The translations under genes were made by a program, and so were the position numbers. This document shows, in pieces, positions 1-8,841 of a stretch of 64,000 bases of DNA (position 1 is its first letter; every line of letters begins with the position of its first letter). The DNA comes from Desulfatiglandales bacterium (GTDB lineage: Bacteria; Desulfobacterota; DSM-4660; Desulfatiglandales; HGW-15): contig CAXXJJ010000004.1 in NCBI GenBank assembly GCA_963667015.2, positions 288,001 through 352,000 of the forward strand. The letters are read 5' to 3'. Under the pieces are notes generated by a model that had not been told where the DNA came from, made no database searches, and worked only from the letters and a program-made list of their open reading frames with translations.

Positions 1-57
1 CTGGCAGTTCGCATCAATCCCTTTGATCCGGAGGCATCTGCCATTGTGAAAGCTTAA
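1..57 (+). CDS. 3' end of a CDS running in from the left edge (LAVRINPFDPEASAIVKA*)
   Basis: Frame 1 is open from base 1 to TAA at 55-57; too short to assign a product. Confidence 0.4.
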   Translation: MAVRINPFDPEASAIVKA

Positions 58-154
58 AAAAAGCACATTATAAAGTGTGCGATAACCTTTGAGTCCACAG
101 GAAAGCAAGGCACATGCCGCCTGTGACACAATTCGCTGGCTGCAGAAAAGCAAC

Positions 155-178
155 GGGGTCATGTCTTGAATCTTGACA
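155..178. repeat. REP-like half element GGGGTCATGTCTTGAATCTTGACA
   Basis: Shares the GGGTC end with the palindrome at 666-751. Confidence 0.4.
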
Positions 179-259
179 GTTTTACTAACGTCCAAGAGTA
201 CTGTAGAGTGGGACAATCCATAAAAACGAGATAAATAAATTCAAACCCGGGGCATTTTA

Positions 260-691
260 ATGAGCTACAAATCAATTGCTTTACTCTCTTTAAGTTTAGT
301 CTTGAGTTCATGCACAAATCCCAAAGACAATTCAGACTGCAGTCAGGTAAATTATTCATTCATCGGTGACTATGAAGGTAAAGGGGCTGATTCTGAAGGC
401 AATTCATTCAATTTTTTTGCTAAGGTAAGTCATTTAGGTGATAACAAATATCGGCTGTTAATCCTGGCTGATTTAGATAAGCCGAACGAGCCTCTGCATG
501 TTATGGATGGAGTTCTTGAAAAAAACAAATTTATCTATACTTCTGACAACGGGCAGTATAAGGGCGATGGTACTCTCAGCAAAGATGGGTTTGAAGGATA
601 CTACAAGGGGCCAATTGACGGTACGTTTACAATGCGTCGGATGAATAGAAAAGGGGATTTGAATCAGGGTCGGGCCAGGATATCTACTTGA
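260..691 (+). CDS. Hypothetical lipoprotein
   Basis: 143 aa ORF; hydrophobic N-terminus ending in lipobox-like LSS-C; C-terminus runs into the repeat at 666. Confidence 0.7.
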   Translation: MSYKSIALLSLSLVLSSCTNPKDNSDCSQVNYSFIGDYEGKGADSEGNSFNFFAKVSHLGDNKYRLLILADLDKPNEPLHVMDGVLEKNKFIYTSDNGQYKGDGTLSKDGFEGYYKGPIDGTFTMRRMNRKGDLNQGRARIST

Positions 692-751
692 AATGATAAA
701 ATAAAATTCATAGTCTAAAAAAATGAAATTTTATATTTTAAGGCCGACCCC
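666..751. repeat. Imperfect palindromic REP-like element (GGGTCGGGCC ... GGCCGACCCC) with AT-rich core
   Basis: Complementary GC-rich ends seen directly. Confidence 0.5.
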
Positions 752-794
752 ATGTACGTTATAAAAACTTGACGGATTCCGGGGAATATACAAC

Positions 795-829
795 TTGACG
801 TATTTCAGAAGTGACACTATAGTATCACT
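795..829 (+). promoter_or_regulatory. Sigma-70 promoter of the TA operon with overlapping operator palindrome
   Basis: TTGACG(795-800)-17 bp-TATAGT(818-823); near-perfect palindrome AGTGACACTATAGTATCACT (810-829). Confidence 0.8.
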
Positions 830-832
830 ATT

Positions 833-1090
833 ATGAGAATAGAAATCGTTACCACACTTAAAAGAGAGGCAACAAAGATCTTATCAGATCTTCGAGAAAA
901 CCGTGAGCCGATTTTAATTACAGAACACGGAAAACCCTCCGCTTATCTGGTAGACGCCGAGGATTATGAACTAATGCAGAGTCGCATGCAAATTCTTGAA
1001 GGAATTGCTCGCGGTGAACGTGCAATTCTTGAAAAGAAATTGATTTCAAAGACAAACGCTAGAAAACTCATGGGAAAATGGCTCGATTAA
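833..1090 (+). CDS. Type II antitoxin, Phd/YefM family
   Basis: 85 aa; TTLKREATKIL...EPILITEHGKPSAYLV pattern; overlaps the toxin start. Confidence 0.93.
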   Translation: MRIEIVTTLKREATKILSDLRENREPILITEHGKPSAYLVDAEDYELMQSRMQILEGIARGERAILEKKLISKTNARKLMGKWLD

Positions 1091-1392
1091 TCTGGACCGA
1101 ACCTGCCCTACAAGATCTGGAAGAAATTGCAGAATACATTGCCTTAGACGATATGTCTGCAGCCAAGAGGCTCATTTCAAAAGTTTTTACAGTAATAGAA
1201 AAACTTGAAAAATATCCAAATTCCGGAAGGAGACCTCCTGAGCTGAAAGGAACACAATATCGAGAAAAAGTTGTGGGGCCTTGTCGTATATTTTACCGTG
1301 TTGAAAAAGAATCTGTTTTCGTGCTTTACATAATGCGTGGAGAGCGGGAACTTCGAAATTACATCTTATCAGAACGCGAAAAATTGCGCTAA
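1078..1392 (+). CDS. Type II toxin, RelE/ParE family
   Basis: 104 aa; WTEPALQDLEEIAEYIA, PNSGR, CRIFYRV motifs. Confidence 0.93.
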   Translation: MARLIWTEPALQDLEEIAEYIALDDMSAAKRLISKVFTVIEKLEKYPNSGRRPPELKGTQYREKVVGPCRIFYRVEKESVFVLYIMRGERELRNYILSEREKLR

Positions 1393-1458
1393 AATGATAC
1401 ATGATTATCAAGTCTGCATTTGACTCTTGCCATAAAAAAATGTTGGCAAATCCGATAA

Positions 1459-1779
1459 ATAGAAAAAATTAATAAGAATTTTATAGCTCCATTAGTTGAA
1501 GAGCTTCTTTTTCGCGGTATAGTGCTGGGCGGCCTGAACAGGTCTTTTGGTGTCTGGTGGGGCGTCGCATTGTCAAACCTGCTGTTTATAGGCCTTCACT
1601 ATTCGGAGGCAATACATTTTTGGCCTGCATTCATCGGAATTGCCCTTTTATCTGCAACTGCCACCAGGCAGCGATTGACTCATAAAGCTATTGGGCCCGC
1701 GGTCGCTGTACATCTTGGTTATAACCTGAGTATAGCGGGAGCTGCACTAATTGCAAAAATGACCGGCGGGATTATCTGA
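1459..1779 (+). pseudogene. 5'-truncated CPBP (CAAX protease/Abi) family intramembrane metalloprotease
   Basis: APLVEELLFRG (1486-1518), FIGLH and AVAVHLGYN motifs in one frame; in-frame TAA at 1456-1458 and no ATG/RBS before the EExxxR motif. Confidence 0.75.
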
Positions 1780-1785
1780 AAATAC

Positions 1786-1844
1786 GTGGACATACCTCAA
1801 AATATCAAAACTCTTCTGAATTGATAAATTGAAATACGCCCCAT
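1786..1844. repeat. Degenerate REP-like palindrome (GTGGACATACCTCAA ... TTGAAATACGCCCCAT)
   Basis: Partly complementary arms; related half ATGGGGACGTAACTTC at about 20892. Confidence 0.4.
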
Positions 1845-1907
1845 AAATATACTCCTGGATCATTCTCTGAAAAACCTGCCGGGGCATTACTCCCGGCTGT
1901 TCAAATG

Positions 1908-2939
1908 CTATTCAATCGGTTCAAGGGGCCAGCCCATTGATTCCGCCTTAGGTCCTACGATTGCATGTATCAGATCCACTTTACCATTTCTCATCCTGAA
2001 CATGTGACAATCGACAGAACCTCCACCTGTAGGGTTTTCCTCACTCACGGAGTCTCCTCCGGCAAATGCCATAAATGCGATGGAAATGCCTTTTTCAGTA
2101 TCAACCCACACGCGTCGCGGTGCGTGGTTTATACTTGATTCTCTTCGTTCAATAAACGTAGCTGGTGAACAGTCATGGTCTCGCCCTGTGGTCATAAAAC
2201 CGTTCTCCCAGCGGTCGCATACTTTGGCAAAGGGAACGCTGGCTGTCGAGCCTTTCATGAATAAATCAAAATAATGATTGGCTGCATCTGCCAGGACCTT
2301 GCGGGATACCCGTTTTTCAGGCGGGAGAATCGTGTCCCAGTCCTGATCTTTTGTTTCCAGCTCCTTTTCCACGCTGAAGGCAAAATCTTTTTCCCTGGCT
2401 ATGATTGTTTCAATTTCCGTGATTTTACCATTTTCAACTTTTAAACGATTGGCAAAAAGGATCGGTCGGACTGTTCCCTCTTTGGGCAGTTCTTTTGGTC
2501 CGGCAAAAAGTGCAGCCACGTTGCCGTCAACCTGTTCATTGGCGGGAGCACCGGCGGGAGCTGTGGGTGTGCCTGGAGCCCCGGCGCTTTCAGAGCCTTC
2601 TCCAAGTGTTTTAGAGTCGAATGGTTCTTCCACTACCGCAATTGTGGCTGTAACACATTTCTGAGTGTCGACTAAAGTTCGTTTTAGCAGGGGCTTGCCC
2701 GCAGTTTCCCAAAAGCCTGTTCCAACCTTTTTTTCTACACCGTTTTCAGTGAATTTTGCGGTGGAAGCAAGGGGCAGACCTGATGTCGTGTGTTTCTGAA
2801 TGGACTCAAAGTATATGTCTGTTATTTTAATAAGATCTTCGCGGGTACAGCTGTCTCCTACAGTCTTAGCATTTGCGACAGAAGCACATATAAGTACTGT
2901 AAGACAGGTCATCATGAAAAATAATACTATTCGTTTCAT
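1908..2939 (-). CDS. Secreted hypothetical protein, possibly tandem NTF2-like domains, with an Ala/Pro-rich insertion
   Basis: 343 aa; signal peptide ending ANA; RBS GGAGG; two similar halves with FTENG and RWENG motifs. Confidence 0.75.
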   Translation of the reverse strand: MKRIVLFFMMTCLTVLICASVANAKTVGDSCTREDLIKITDIYFESIQKHTTSGLPLASTAKFTENGVEKKVGTGFWETAGKPLLKRTLVDTQKCVTATIAVVEEPFDSKTLGEGSESAGAPGTPTAPAGAPANEQVDGNVAALFAGPKELPKEGTVRPILFANRLKVENGKITEIETIIAREKDFAFSVEKELETKDQDWDTILPPEKRVSRKVLADAANHYFDLFMKGSTASVPFAKVCDRWENGFMTTGRDHDCSPATFIERRESSINHAPRRVWVDTEKGISIAFMAFAGGDSVSEENPTGGGSVDCHMFRMRNGKVDLIHAIVGPKAESMGWPLEPIE

Positions 2940-3164
2940 CCTTTAATCCTCCGGAACAATACAATTCTATAGAAAAATAAAAAGGCTGGCCGATAAAAAT
3001 TACCTTATCTTGAGGAGTGAGTATATGGAGCAGTGTTTTGCATGTCAATATACTTTTATCGGTTATAGGTTTATTAATCCAGTGTTTGCCTCTTTTAATC
3101 GGGACCATAATTGCTTTTTCCGGTAATGCCTATTCCTTTGATATTGATACGGATAAAATGTATG

Positions 3165-3226
3165 AAGAGGGATGTTTAACAGTTCAATAACTTAAAGGAT
3201 ATTTAATTATTGGACATCGATTTCCA
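3165..3226. repeat. Palindromic direct repeat, copy 1 (upstream of NTF2 gene)
   Basis: Core GGATGTTTAACAGTTCAATAACT(T/C)AAAGGATATT shared with 3843-3876, 33 of 34 identical. Confidence 0.85.
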
Positions 3227-3298
3227 ATTTATACATATACTGAACCGAGATTTTAAGGACAACAATGTAAACAGATATTCAACGGAGGAAAGAAAACA

Positions 3299-3814
3299 AT
3301 GAATAGTTTCACAAACCGATTCAAAATTTGGCTTTTCCTGATTTGCCTTACATTATTTTGCAGCTCTATTGCTCAGGCAGAAGAAATAACTGTCGAAACC
3401 CTGATTGAGCGCCAGAAGATTCAGGATTTAATTACCCGCTATTACTTCAACTTTGGTGGAACGCCTGAAAGTTTTGCAAACTTTTATGTGGAAAATGGAG
3501 AGCTGTATCTGGTCGGTCGAAGTTTTAAGGGTAGAGAGGACATTGCCAGGGCTTATACATTTCCTGAGAGTGAAGGACCCAAAAATTTTTCATTCAATAG
3601 TCTTATCAGTAATTTAATCATTACGGTGAAAGGTGATACCGCCAGGGCGAAACTGGTGTGGACCGAGAATGTGATGAAAGAAGAAAGGGGTGCGATAGAA
3701 CTGCGAGCTCAGGGGAGGGAGTACTCCACTTTCGTTAAAAAAGATGGCAAGTGGATGTACCTTACTCGCATAATTAAGGGTGGAACCGAGCCGCCGGATG
3801 GTTGGAAGGATTAG
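3299..3814 (+). CDS. Secreted NTF2/SnoaL-like protein
   Basis: Signal peptide ending AQA; ERQKIQDLITRY, FKGREDI, ITVKGDTA, KKDGKW patterns. Confidence 0.85.
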   Translation: MNSFTNRFKIWLFLICLTLFCSSIAQAEEITVETLIERQKIQDLITRYYFNFGGTPESFANFYVENGELYLVGRSFKGREDIARAYTFPESEGPKNFSFNSLISNLIITVKGDTARAKLVWTENVMKEERGAIELRAQGREYSTFVKKDGKWMYLTRIIKGGTEPPDGWKD

Positions 3815-3834
3815 TCGATAAATGTGTGGCTGTT

Positions 3835-3900
3835 AAGAGGGAGGATGTTTAACAGTTCAATAACTCAAAGGATATTGAGCTACTGAACATCGTCCCACTT
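3835..3900. repeat. Palindromic direct repeat, copy 2 (downstream of NTF2 gene)
   Basis: GATGTTTAACAGTTCAATA ... TATTGAGCTACTGAACATC imperfect 19-bp stem. Confidence 0.85.
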
Positions 3901-3946
3901 TCCCACATATATTTACGATGAACAGCACTGCAATATTCCGGGTGTT

Positions 3947-3981
3947 TGTAGTTTGACATGCTGGGTCAAACTACATATACT
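3947..3981 (+). promoter_or_regulatory. Sigma-70 promoter with perfect 11-bp inverted-repeat operator
   Basis: TTGACA(3953-3958)-17 bp-TATACT(3976-3981); TGTAGTTTGAC-N7-GTCAAACTACA (3947-3975). Confidence 0.8.
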
Positions 3982-4030
3982 TTCTTTCTCAAAACGAATA
4001 TCTATTAACAACTGATGGTTTCAGGTTAAA

Positions 4031-5326
4031 ATGCGTATTATTGTCACACACAAGAATGTCGACCTGGACGCATTTGCTTCATTGGTCGCAGGTACTGTCT
4101 TATACCCTGACGCAATCCCCGTCCTACCCAGGAGCATTAATCCTAATGTAAAGAACTTTATTTCCATTCATAAGGACTTGTTCAAAAGCATTTCTCCTGC
4201 TGAAATAGATATTGATAAAGTCAAAACGTTGATTGCCACGGATGTGAACAGCTGGGGTCGCCTGGAGGGTATGAAAAACCTGAGAAAAAAGGAGAACCTT
4301 GAAATACTGTTATGGGACCATCATCCGAAGGGTGATATGATTCCCACCTGGAAATGTCAGGAACAAATCGGTGCTACTATCACTTTGATGATCAGACAGA
4401 TTAAGAAAGAAAATAAGCCTCTTACTAACATTCAGGCAACGCTTTTTCTGGCTGGTTTGTATGAAGATACCGGAAACCTGATGTTCCCCTCAACAACGGT
4501 CGAAGATGTTTATGCCGCAGCCTATCTCCTTGAGCAAAATGCGGATTTAAGGATTATCAATTCATTCATGCGTCCCGTGTATGGTCCTGAACATAAAGAT
4601 ATCCTGTTTAAAATGCTGGCATCGGCCTCAAGAACCAGGGTGAAGGGATACTCTGTCAGTATTAATAAAATACCAATAAAAGGGCATGTGACAAACCTTG
4701 CCGTAGTGGTTCATATGTACAAAGAGATATTAAATGTTGATGCGGCATTTGGCGTTTTTATCAATAAAGAACGGGAACAATGCATAATAATAGGCCGCAG
4801 CAGTATTGACGATTTAAATATTGGGAGGATAATGCGCACTATTGGTGGAGGCGGCCATCAGGCAGCCGGTTCTGCCATGCTGAAGTCTGTTAATCCTGAC
4901 GAGATTGAAGAAAGGTTAATGGGGTTGATTAAAGGAAACCAGGGCTCCTCCGTCAATGTGACGGACCTTATGTCGTTCCCTGTTTTTTCCGTATCTCCTG
5001 ATACTCCTATGGAAGAGGTTGCTGCAGTTCTAAGGGAAAAAGGATGTACAGGTGTCCCGGTTATGGACGGGGAAAAATTAGCAGGGATGATATCCAGGAG
5101 GGATTTTAAAAAGTTAAAAAACGAATCCCAACTGAAGAGGCCTGTGAAGACTTTTATGATCAGGGACTGCATCACCATAGATGCCGACAGGAGTCCTGCG
5201 GAGGCATCCCGGTTAATAGTAAAGCATGATATCGGCAGGCTGCCTGTAATCCATGACGGCCAGGTCATCGGCATTATTACCCGATCCGATGTGATGCTGT
5301 ATTTTTATGACCTTCTGCCGGAGTAG
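4031..5326 (+). CDS. DHH/DHHA1 phosphoesterase with C-terminal CBS pair
   Basis: HKNVDLDA, WDHH, EDTG, GGGGHQAAGSA motifs followed by two CBS repeats. Confidence 0.9.
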   Translation: MRIIVTHKNVDLDAFASLVAGTVLYPDAIPVLPRSINPNVKNFISIHKDLFKSISPAEIDIDKVKTLIATDVNSWGRLEGMKNLRKKENLEILLWDHHPKGDMIPTWKCQEQIGATITLMIRQIKKENKPLTNIQATLFLAGLYEDTGNLMFPSTTVEDVYAAAYLLEQNADLRIINSFMRPVYGPEHKDILFKMLASASRTRVKGYSVSINKIPIKGHVTNLAVVVHMYKEILNVDAAFGVFINKEREQCIIIGRSSIDDLNIGRIMRTIGGGGHQAAGSAMLKSVNPDEIEERLMGLIKGNQGSSVNVTDLMSFPVFSVSPDTPMEEVAAVLREKGCTGVPVMDGEKLAGMISRRDFKKLKNESQLKRPVKTFMIRDCITIDADRSPAEASRLIVKHDIGRLPVIHDGQVIGIITRSDVMLYFYDLLPE

Positions 5327-5522
5327 TGTACGGGTGCGTGTAACAGCAGGCAATAGAATTAGAATAGAAATAGAATAGGGGGCGGCCCAGGCTAACCCCT
5401 TTTAAATGCTGCTTTTGCTGTTGACGGCATAAGCCTGACATTTTTAAAAACCGGAAACCTTTTAGAAAAGAGTACCCAACCTACGAAAAGACAGATCAGC
5501 TGATACAAAAAGAGAGTTTAAA

Positions 5523-6041
5523 ATGTATATAAAAGAAAATGCAATGAAGATACTGAAAAAACTGGACCTGTCTGCCGAAGAGGCCCAGCTTGGATATGTA
5601 AAAAAGCTTAAGGATACAGGTGATGCCAGTCACAAAAAAGAGCTTGATAAGCTTCATCATATGATAGCCCGAAAGACACTTGAATACTACTGCGATGGCG
5701 GATACAATGCCTTTTTTGAGAGCTATTCGCTTGATTATACAACAGATGACGAATACAGGGTCGAAGTCAGAGGGCACGCAATGACTATATCTTTTGATAC
5801 ACCTTTCGGCACGCTAACTGGCAACGGCTCAACCTGGGACTATATCTCAAATGATCTTAAGGTATCCGCCAAACCGGTTAATATGGAAATAGAAAAATAT
5901 AAGGCTGTTAAACAACGCATGGAAGAAATACAGAAATCCGAACGCATTGTTTATCCATTCCACTCACTTCACAATATTGCCAATGGATATTTTGATCCGG
6001 ACATCTGTATGTATAACGCCCATAAGATTATTAAAGAGTAG
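5523..6041 (+). CDS. Hypothetical protein
   Basis: 172 aa ORF with normal composition; no motif recognised. Confidence 0.65.
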   Translation: MYIKENAMKILKKLDLSAEEAQLGYVKKLKDTGDASHKKELDKLHHMIARKTLEYYCDGGYNAFFESYSLDYTTDDEYRVEVRGHAMTISFDTPFGTLTGNGSTWDYISNDLKVSAKPVNMEIEKYKAVKQRMEEIQKSERIVYPFHSLHNIANGYFDPDICMYNAHKIIKE

Positions 6042-6057
6042 TTGAAAAACAGGATGA

Positions 6058-6140
6058 CAGGCTATAGCTGAAGGCTGCCAGGAAAGAAAAAATGGATTCA
6101 CGCTCCCAGACTTCCCGAGTACAGGCCCTGCGGGGTTAAC
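6058..6140. repeat. Short AGGCT 7-mer run followed by a degenerate TGGATTC(C)CGC...GCGGG palindrome
   Basis: Resembles the reverse complement of the element at 56622-56653. Confidence 0.35.
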
Positions 6141-6199
6141 GATTGAACAAGCAGGTACCTTACTCCGTTTAATGAAATTTAAAAAACAGAGGATAAATC

Positions 6200-6946
6200 A
6201 TGAATACTGGAACACTTGAATCAAGGCTGGAGTTTCTGGAAAAACAGGTTGTTGAACTTGCCGAAAAGCTGAGTAAAAAGGATAAAGAAATTCAGGAATT
6301 AAAAGACATTGAAGAGATCAAGAAACTCCAGGCGGCATATGCATATTACCTTGAAAACAGCATGGGCCAGGATGTCATTGATTGTTTTTCCAATGACCCC
6401 GGTGTATCAGGAACATTTGTTGAAGGGACCTATAAGGGGCCTGAAGGCATAAAAAGATATTTCGGTCGAATGATGGAGAAGGCTCCTTCATTTTTGCATC
6501 AGGTAAGGATGGACACCCCATATATCTCAGTTGCTGCTGATGGAAAAACTGCAAAGGGCAGGTGGTATGGTGACGGAACTCTGGCATTTAAGCCGTTAAA
6601 CAACAAGATAGATCCAATGTTTATGAATGTTGTTTATGAAATGGAATATATCAAAGAGGATGGTGTCTGGAAGATCTATACACTTGCATTTCAGATGCTG
6701 TATGCCTTCCAGCCTTCGAAACAGGGAACAACTGCCGAAGTTTCTTCAGCGGAGCCTTCATCGGATGACGCCTTTGATCCTGATAACATGAAATTGAGTC
6801 CTGATGAATGGGCTGAGTTCGATACTCAATATCCATCAGGATACATATATCCCATTCACTTTAAGCACCCTGTAACCGGAAAGCCTACTAAAGAGGATGA
6901 ATATAATGCCAGGTTGAAACTCAATCCTAACCCGTTCAGGCCATAA
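6200..6946 (+). CDS. NTF2/SnoaL_4-like protein with N-terminal coiled coil (BaiE/LinA-like fold)
   Basis: DIEEIKKLQAAYAYY, DGKTAKGRW, YIKEDGVWKI, PIHFKHPVTG; RBS GAGG. Confidence 0.85.
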   Translation: MNTGTLESRLEFLEKQVVELAEKLSKKDKEIQELKDIEEIKKLQAAYAYYLENSMGQDVIDCFSNDPGVSGTFVEGTYKGPEGIKRYFGRMMEKAPSFLHQVRMDTPYISVAADGKTAKGRWYGDGTLAFKPLNNKIDPMFMNVVYEMEYIKEDGVWKIYTLAFQMLYAFQPSKQGTTAEVSSAEPSSDDAFDPDNMKLSPDEWAEFDTQYPSGYIYPIHFKHPVTGKPTKEDEYNARLKLNPNPFRP

Positions 6947-6948
6947 GT

Positions 6949-6998
6949 GACGCAGAGCGTCTGAAAACGACGTTTCCATGAAGACCATTGGAACGATA
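6949..6998 (+). repeat. REP family A copy (GACGCAGAGCGTC ... TTCCANG-GACC-TGGGAACGA)
   Basis: Matches copies at 8071, 50093, 52102 and others. Confidence 0.85.
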
Positions 6999-7030
6999 AC
7001 ACGTGAGTAGAGATAGATTATTAACTATTC

Positions 7031-7078
7031 ACCCTGTTAAATGCTGCTTCGCAGCCCGCTGTGCGGATTTAACAGGGT
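7031..7078. other. Fully paired three-way-junction palindrome
   Basis: ACCCTGTTAAAT/ATTTAACAGGGT 12-bp stem enclosing GCTGC-TTC-GCAGC and CCGC-TGT-GCGG. Confidence 0.75.
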
Positions 7079-7100
7079 AAACCTTTCAGAGGAGCTGAAT

Positions 7101-7994
7101 ATGGAAAGTCAAACTGAGCAAAAGGAATATGAAAAATATTTTTTCAGAGATGCTGTCCGTGGAGCCATGAAAGAGGAATGGGGCGGTGAGATGATTGGGC
7201 TGGGCGGAATAAAGAGTGATGTAATTCCGGCAGATGCCCATATGTCATTAGGGGTTACCGCTGTTAGAAGACCCTATATGTTTCATGAACCGCTTCATAA
7301 ACACATGTTTACAGAATATTTTTATTTTTTCGGGTCAAATCCTCTTGATATGGATGAATTTGATGCAGCAGTAGAGTACACATTCGGTCCTGAACGTGAA
7401 AAACATATAATTACCTCCCCTACCATTGTGACTGCTGCCCCCGGTGTGTATCACTGCCCCCTGAATTATGCGAAGATCAACAAACCTATTTACTGCCTGG
7501 AAGCATTTATGACAAAGGGCTATTCCGGGGTGGATTTTGGCGAAGATCTGCTGGAGATCAGGACAGATGAACAGAGTTACGACAGATATTTCACTAAAGG
7601 GGTTGTCAGATACGATCAGTGGGGCGGACAAAAAATAGGCCTGGACACAGTGCCTGAACATATACTGCCAGCCTGCGCAAAACTTAATCTTGATGTATCA
7701 GTGGTAAGAAAACCATATATGTATCATGATGTTACCCACAAGCATAATTTTACAGAATTTTATTTCTTTTTTGGCTCAAACCCCATGGACATGAAAGAGT
7801 TTGATGCAGAGGTGGAGTTCTGTTTTGGCACTGAAAAAGAAAAATACATTATTACAGGACCCACTGTTGTGGTTGTACCGCCCGGAGTTTTTCATTTTCC
7901 ATTGAATTTTAAAAAGATCAATAAACCAATCTACTTTCTGGAGGCTTCCCTGACATCCAGGTATCGTGCAACGGATTTTGAAAAAACAGGTTGA
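7101..7994 (+). CDS. Tandem-duplicated cupin-like hypothetical protein
   Basis: Two similar halves, each with HKH..TE.FYFFGSNP.DM.EFDA.VE and PGV.H.PLN; start moved to ATG 7101 after RBS GAGGAG. Confidence 0.8.
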   Translation: MESQTEQKEYEKYFFRDAVRGAMKEEWGGEMIGLGGIKSDVIPADAHMSLGVTAVRRPYMFHEPLHKHMFTEYFYFFGSNPLDMDEFDAAVEYTFGPEREKHIITSPTIVTAAPGVYHCPLNYAKINKPIYCLEAFMTKGYSGVDFGEDLLEIRTDEQSYDRYFTKGVVRYDQWGGQKIGLDTVPEHILPACAKLNLDVSVVRKPYMYHDVTHKHNFTEFYFFFGSNPMDMKEFDAEVEFCFGTEKEKYIITGPTVVVVPPGVFHFPLNFKKINKPIYFLEASLTSRYRATDFEKTG

Positions 7995-8070
7995 TAGGCT
8001 GTAGGCTGTTAGGGAAAACAGATAAGGTAAATTATAAACAACAGATGCAGACCCCGGGCAATTGGCAGGC

Positions 8071-8117
8071 GGCGCAGAGCGTCTGAAGACAACCTTTACA
8101 CCGGGACTATGGGAATA
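8071..8117 (+). repeat. REP family A copy (degenerate)
   Basis: GGCGCAGAGCGTCTGAAGAC ... GGGACTATGGGAA. Confidence 0.7.
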
Positions 8118-8145
8118 ATAAAAAAACAATAAAAAGGAGATATAT

Positions 8146-8679
8146 ATGCCTGATATCCGATTGTATCAATCAATCCGCTGTATTTTTGCTATCTTAATGA
8201 TTCTCTGTGCTTCTGCTATAGTGCATGCTGGTGAACGCACAATTACAACCGGTGACCAGTTACTGGACCGCATCAACATTGAAGATATGTTTCATGATTA
8301 CTACCTGATTGTGGGAAATCTTGATCGCAGCGATATCAGTAAGTTCTGGGCCGAAGACGGTGTGTTTGTAATGGGCGGGAAAGAAATAGCAGGCAGAAAA
8401 GCCATTCAGGCGCTTTATAACAATACCGAGGGCGCCCCCGAAGGCAAACTGATCACTCTAATGGGAAGTCCGCGCATAAGCATCAATGGCAATAAGGCGA
8501 CTGCTTATTTTATCTATACTTCCTTCCGTTCAGTTGATCCGCAGAAGGCACCTGAAGTCTTTGAGCAGGGACAGGATCATGTCGAACTGGAAAAGATTGA
8601 CGGTGTCTGGATGATCAAGAAAAGGACCCTGGAAAACTATGGTCTCGATATAAAGGTTCTTCAAAAAGCACAACAATAA
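8146..8679 (+). CDS. Secreted NTF2/SnoaL-like protein
   Basis: Signal peptide ending VHA; WAEDGVF, GRKAI, INGNKATA, KIDGVWMIKKR; RBS AAGGAG. Confidence 0.85.
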   Translation: MPDIRLYQSIRCIFAILMILCASAIVHAGERTITTGDQLLDRINIEDMFHDYYLIVGNLDRSDISKFWAEDGVFVMGGKEIAGRKAIQALYNNTEGAPEGKLITLMGSPRISINGNKATAYFIYTSFRSVDPQKAPEVFEQGQDHVELEKIDGVWMIKKRTLENYGLDIKVLQKAQQ

Positions 8680-8801
8680 ACCGGCCGGGACCTGCAAACC
8701 TGTGGAAATTGCGGAAGCAGGAGACGTAGATAAAATGGTAAAAATAAAAGTCTGATTTGCCTTTTTACCAACGTCCCACAGTCCTGCTTTTGAATGTTGC
8801 G

Positions 8802-8830
8802 GAAAAGGCCGACAGATCGACGGCCTTTTC
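8802..8830. terminator. Hairpin between convergent genes, probable terminator
   Basis: GAAAAGGCCG ... CGGCCTTTTC. Confidence 0.65.
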
Positions 8831-8841
8831 ATTTTAGGGGC

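Noticed and set aside
3165..3900. Integron attC sites (GTTTAAC fits RYYYAAC)
   Set aside because: No matching GTTRRRY at the far end of the stem, no integrase in the window, and only two copies
4031..5326. tRNA nucleotidyltransferase (CCA- or A-adding enzyme)
   Set aside because: No nucleotidyltransferase domain follows the CBS pair
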